From Botryllus schlosseri (Eukaryota): DNA of 64,000 nt. The notes beneath the pieces were generated by a model. It did not search any database, had not been told where the DNA came from, and saw only the letters and a list, made by a program, of their open reading frames with translations. Positions 63,955-64,000 of the stretch are shown one piece after another. How positions within the stretch are numbered: position 1 is the stretch's first letter; every line of letters starts with the position of its first letter. Location: the NCBI GenBank assembly GCA_051294905.1, contig CM119378.1, forward strand, positions 11,656,001 to 11,720,000, given 5' to 3'. The position numbers and the translations under genes are program-made.

Positions 63955-64000
63955 GTTTGAAAGCTGACTGAGTTTAATATTAATGGCAGGATACCAAGAC

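Overview
AT-rich, intron-rich animal genomic DNA, probably from a marine invertebrate (an ascidian-like genome is an inference from short introns and repeat types). It is not prokaryotic: I saw no operons, rRNA, functional tRNA or CRISPR array. Most ORFs in the supplied track are chance ORFs or transposon debris. The real host coding signal is a + strand set of small GT-AG exons that the track misses. Two tandem paralogous units (A about 7.57-14.15 kb, B 20.38-33.88 kb) share four exons of identical length and phase (123, 151, 103, 88 nt). They splice into a helical protein of about 200 aa whose motifs resemble, by eye, RIG-I/MDA5/MAVS-type CARD death-fold domains. From 36 to 64 kb lies a run of symmetric phase 1-1 exons encoding S/T/D/E-rich low-complexity peptide, internally duplicated, plus one more CARD-like exon (60495-60609). 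Much of the rest is nested transposons: many Buster/Charlie-type hAT elements with 8-bp TSDs, three TTAA piggyBac-type elements, a Penelope-like RT/GIY-YIG remnant, a fragmented LINE, a Sola-like foldback with 753-bp arms, Tc1/pogo-type MITEs and a tRNA-derived SINE. All assignments come from manual reading and translation; no database search was run.
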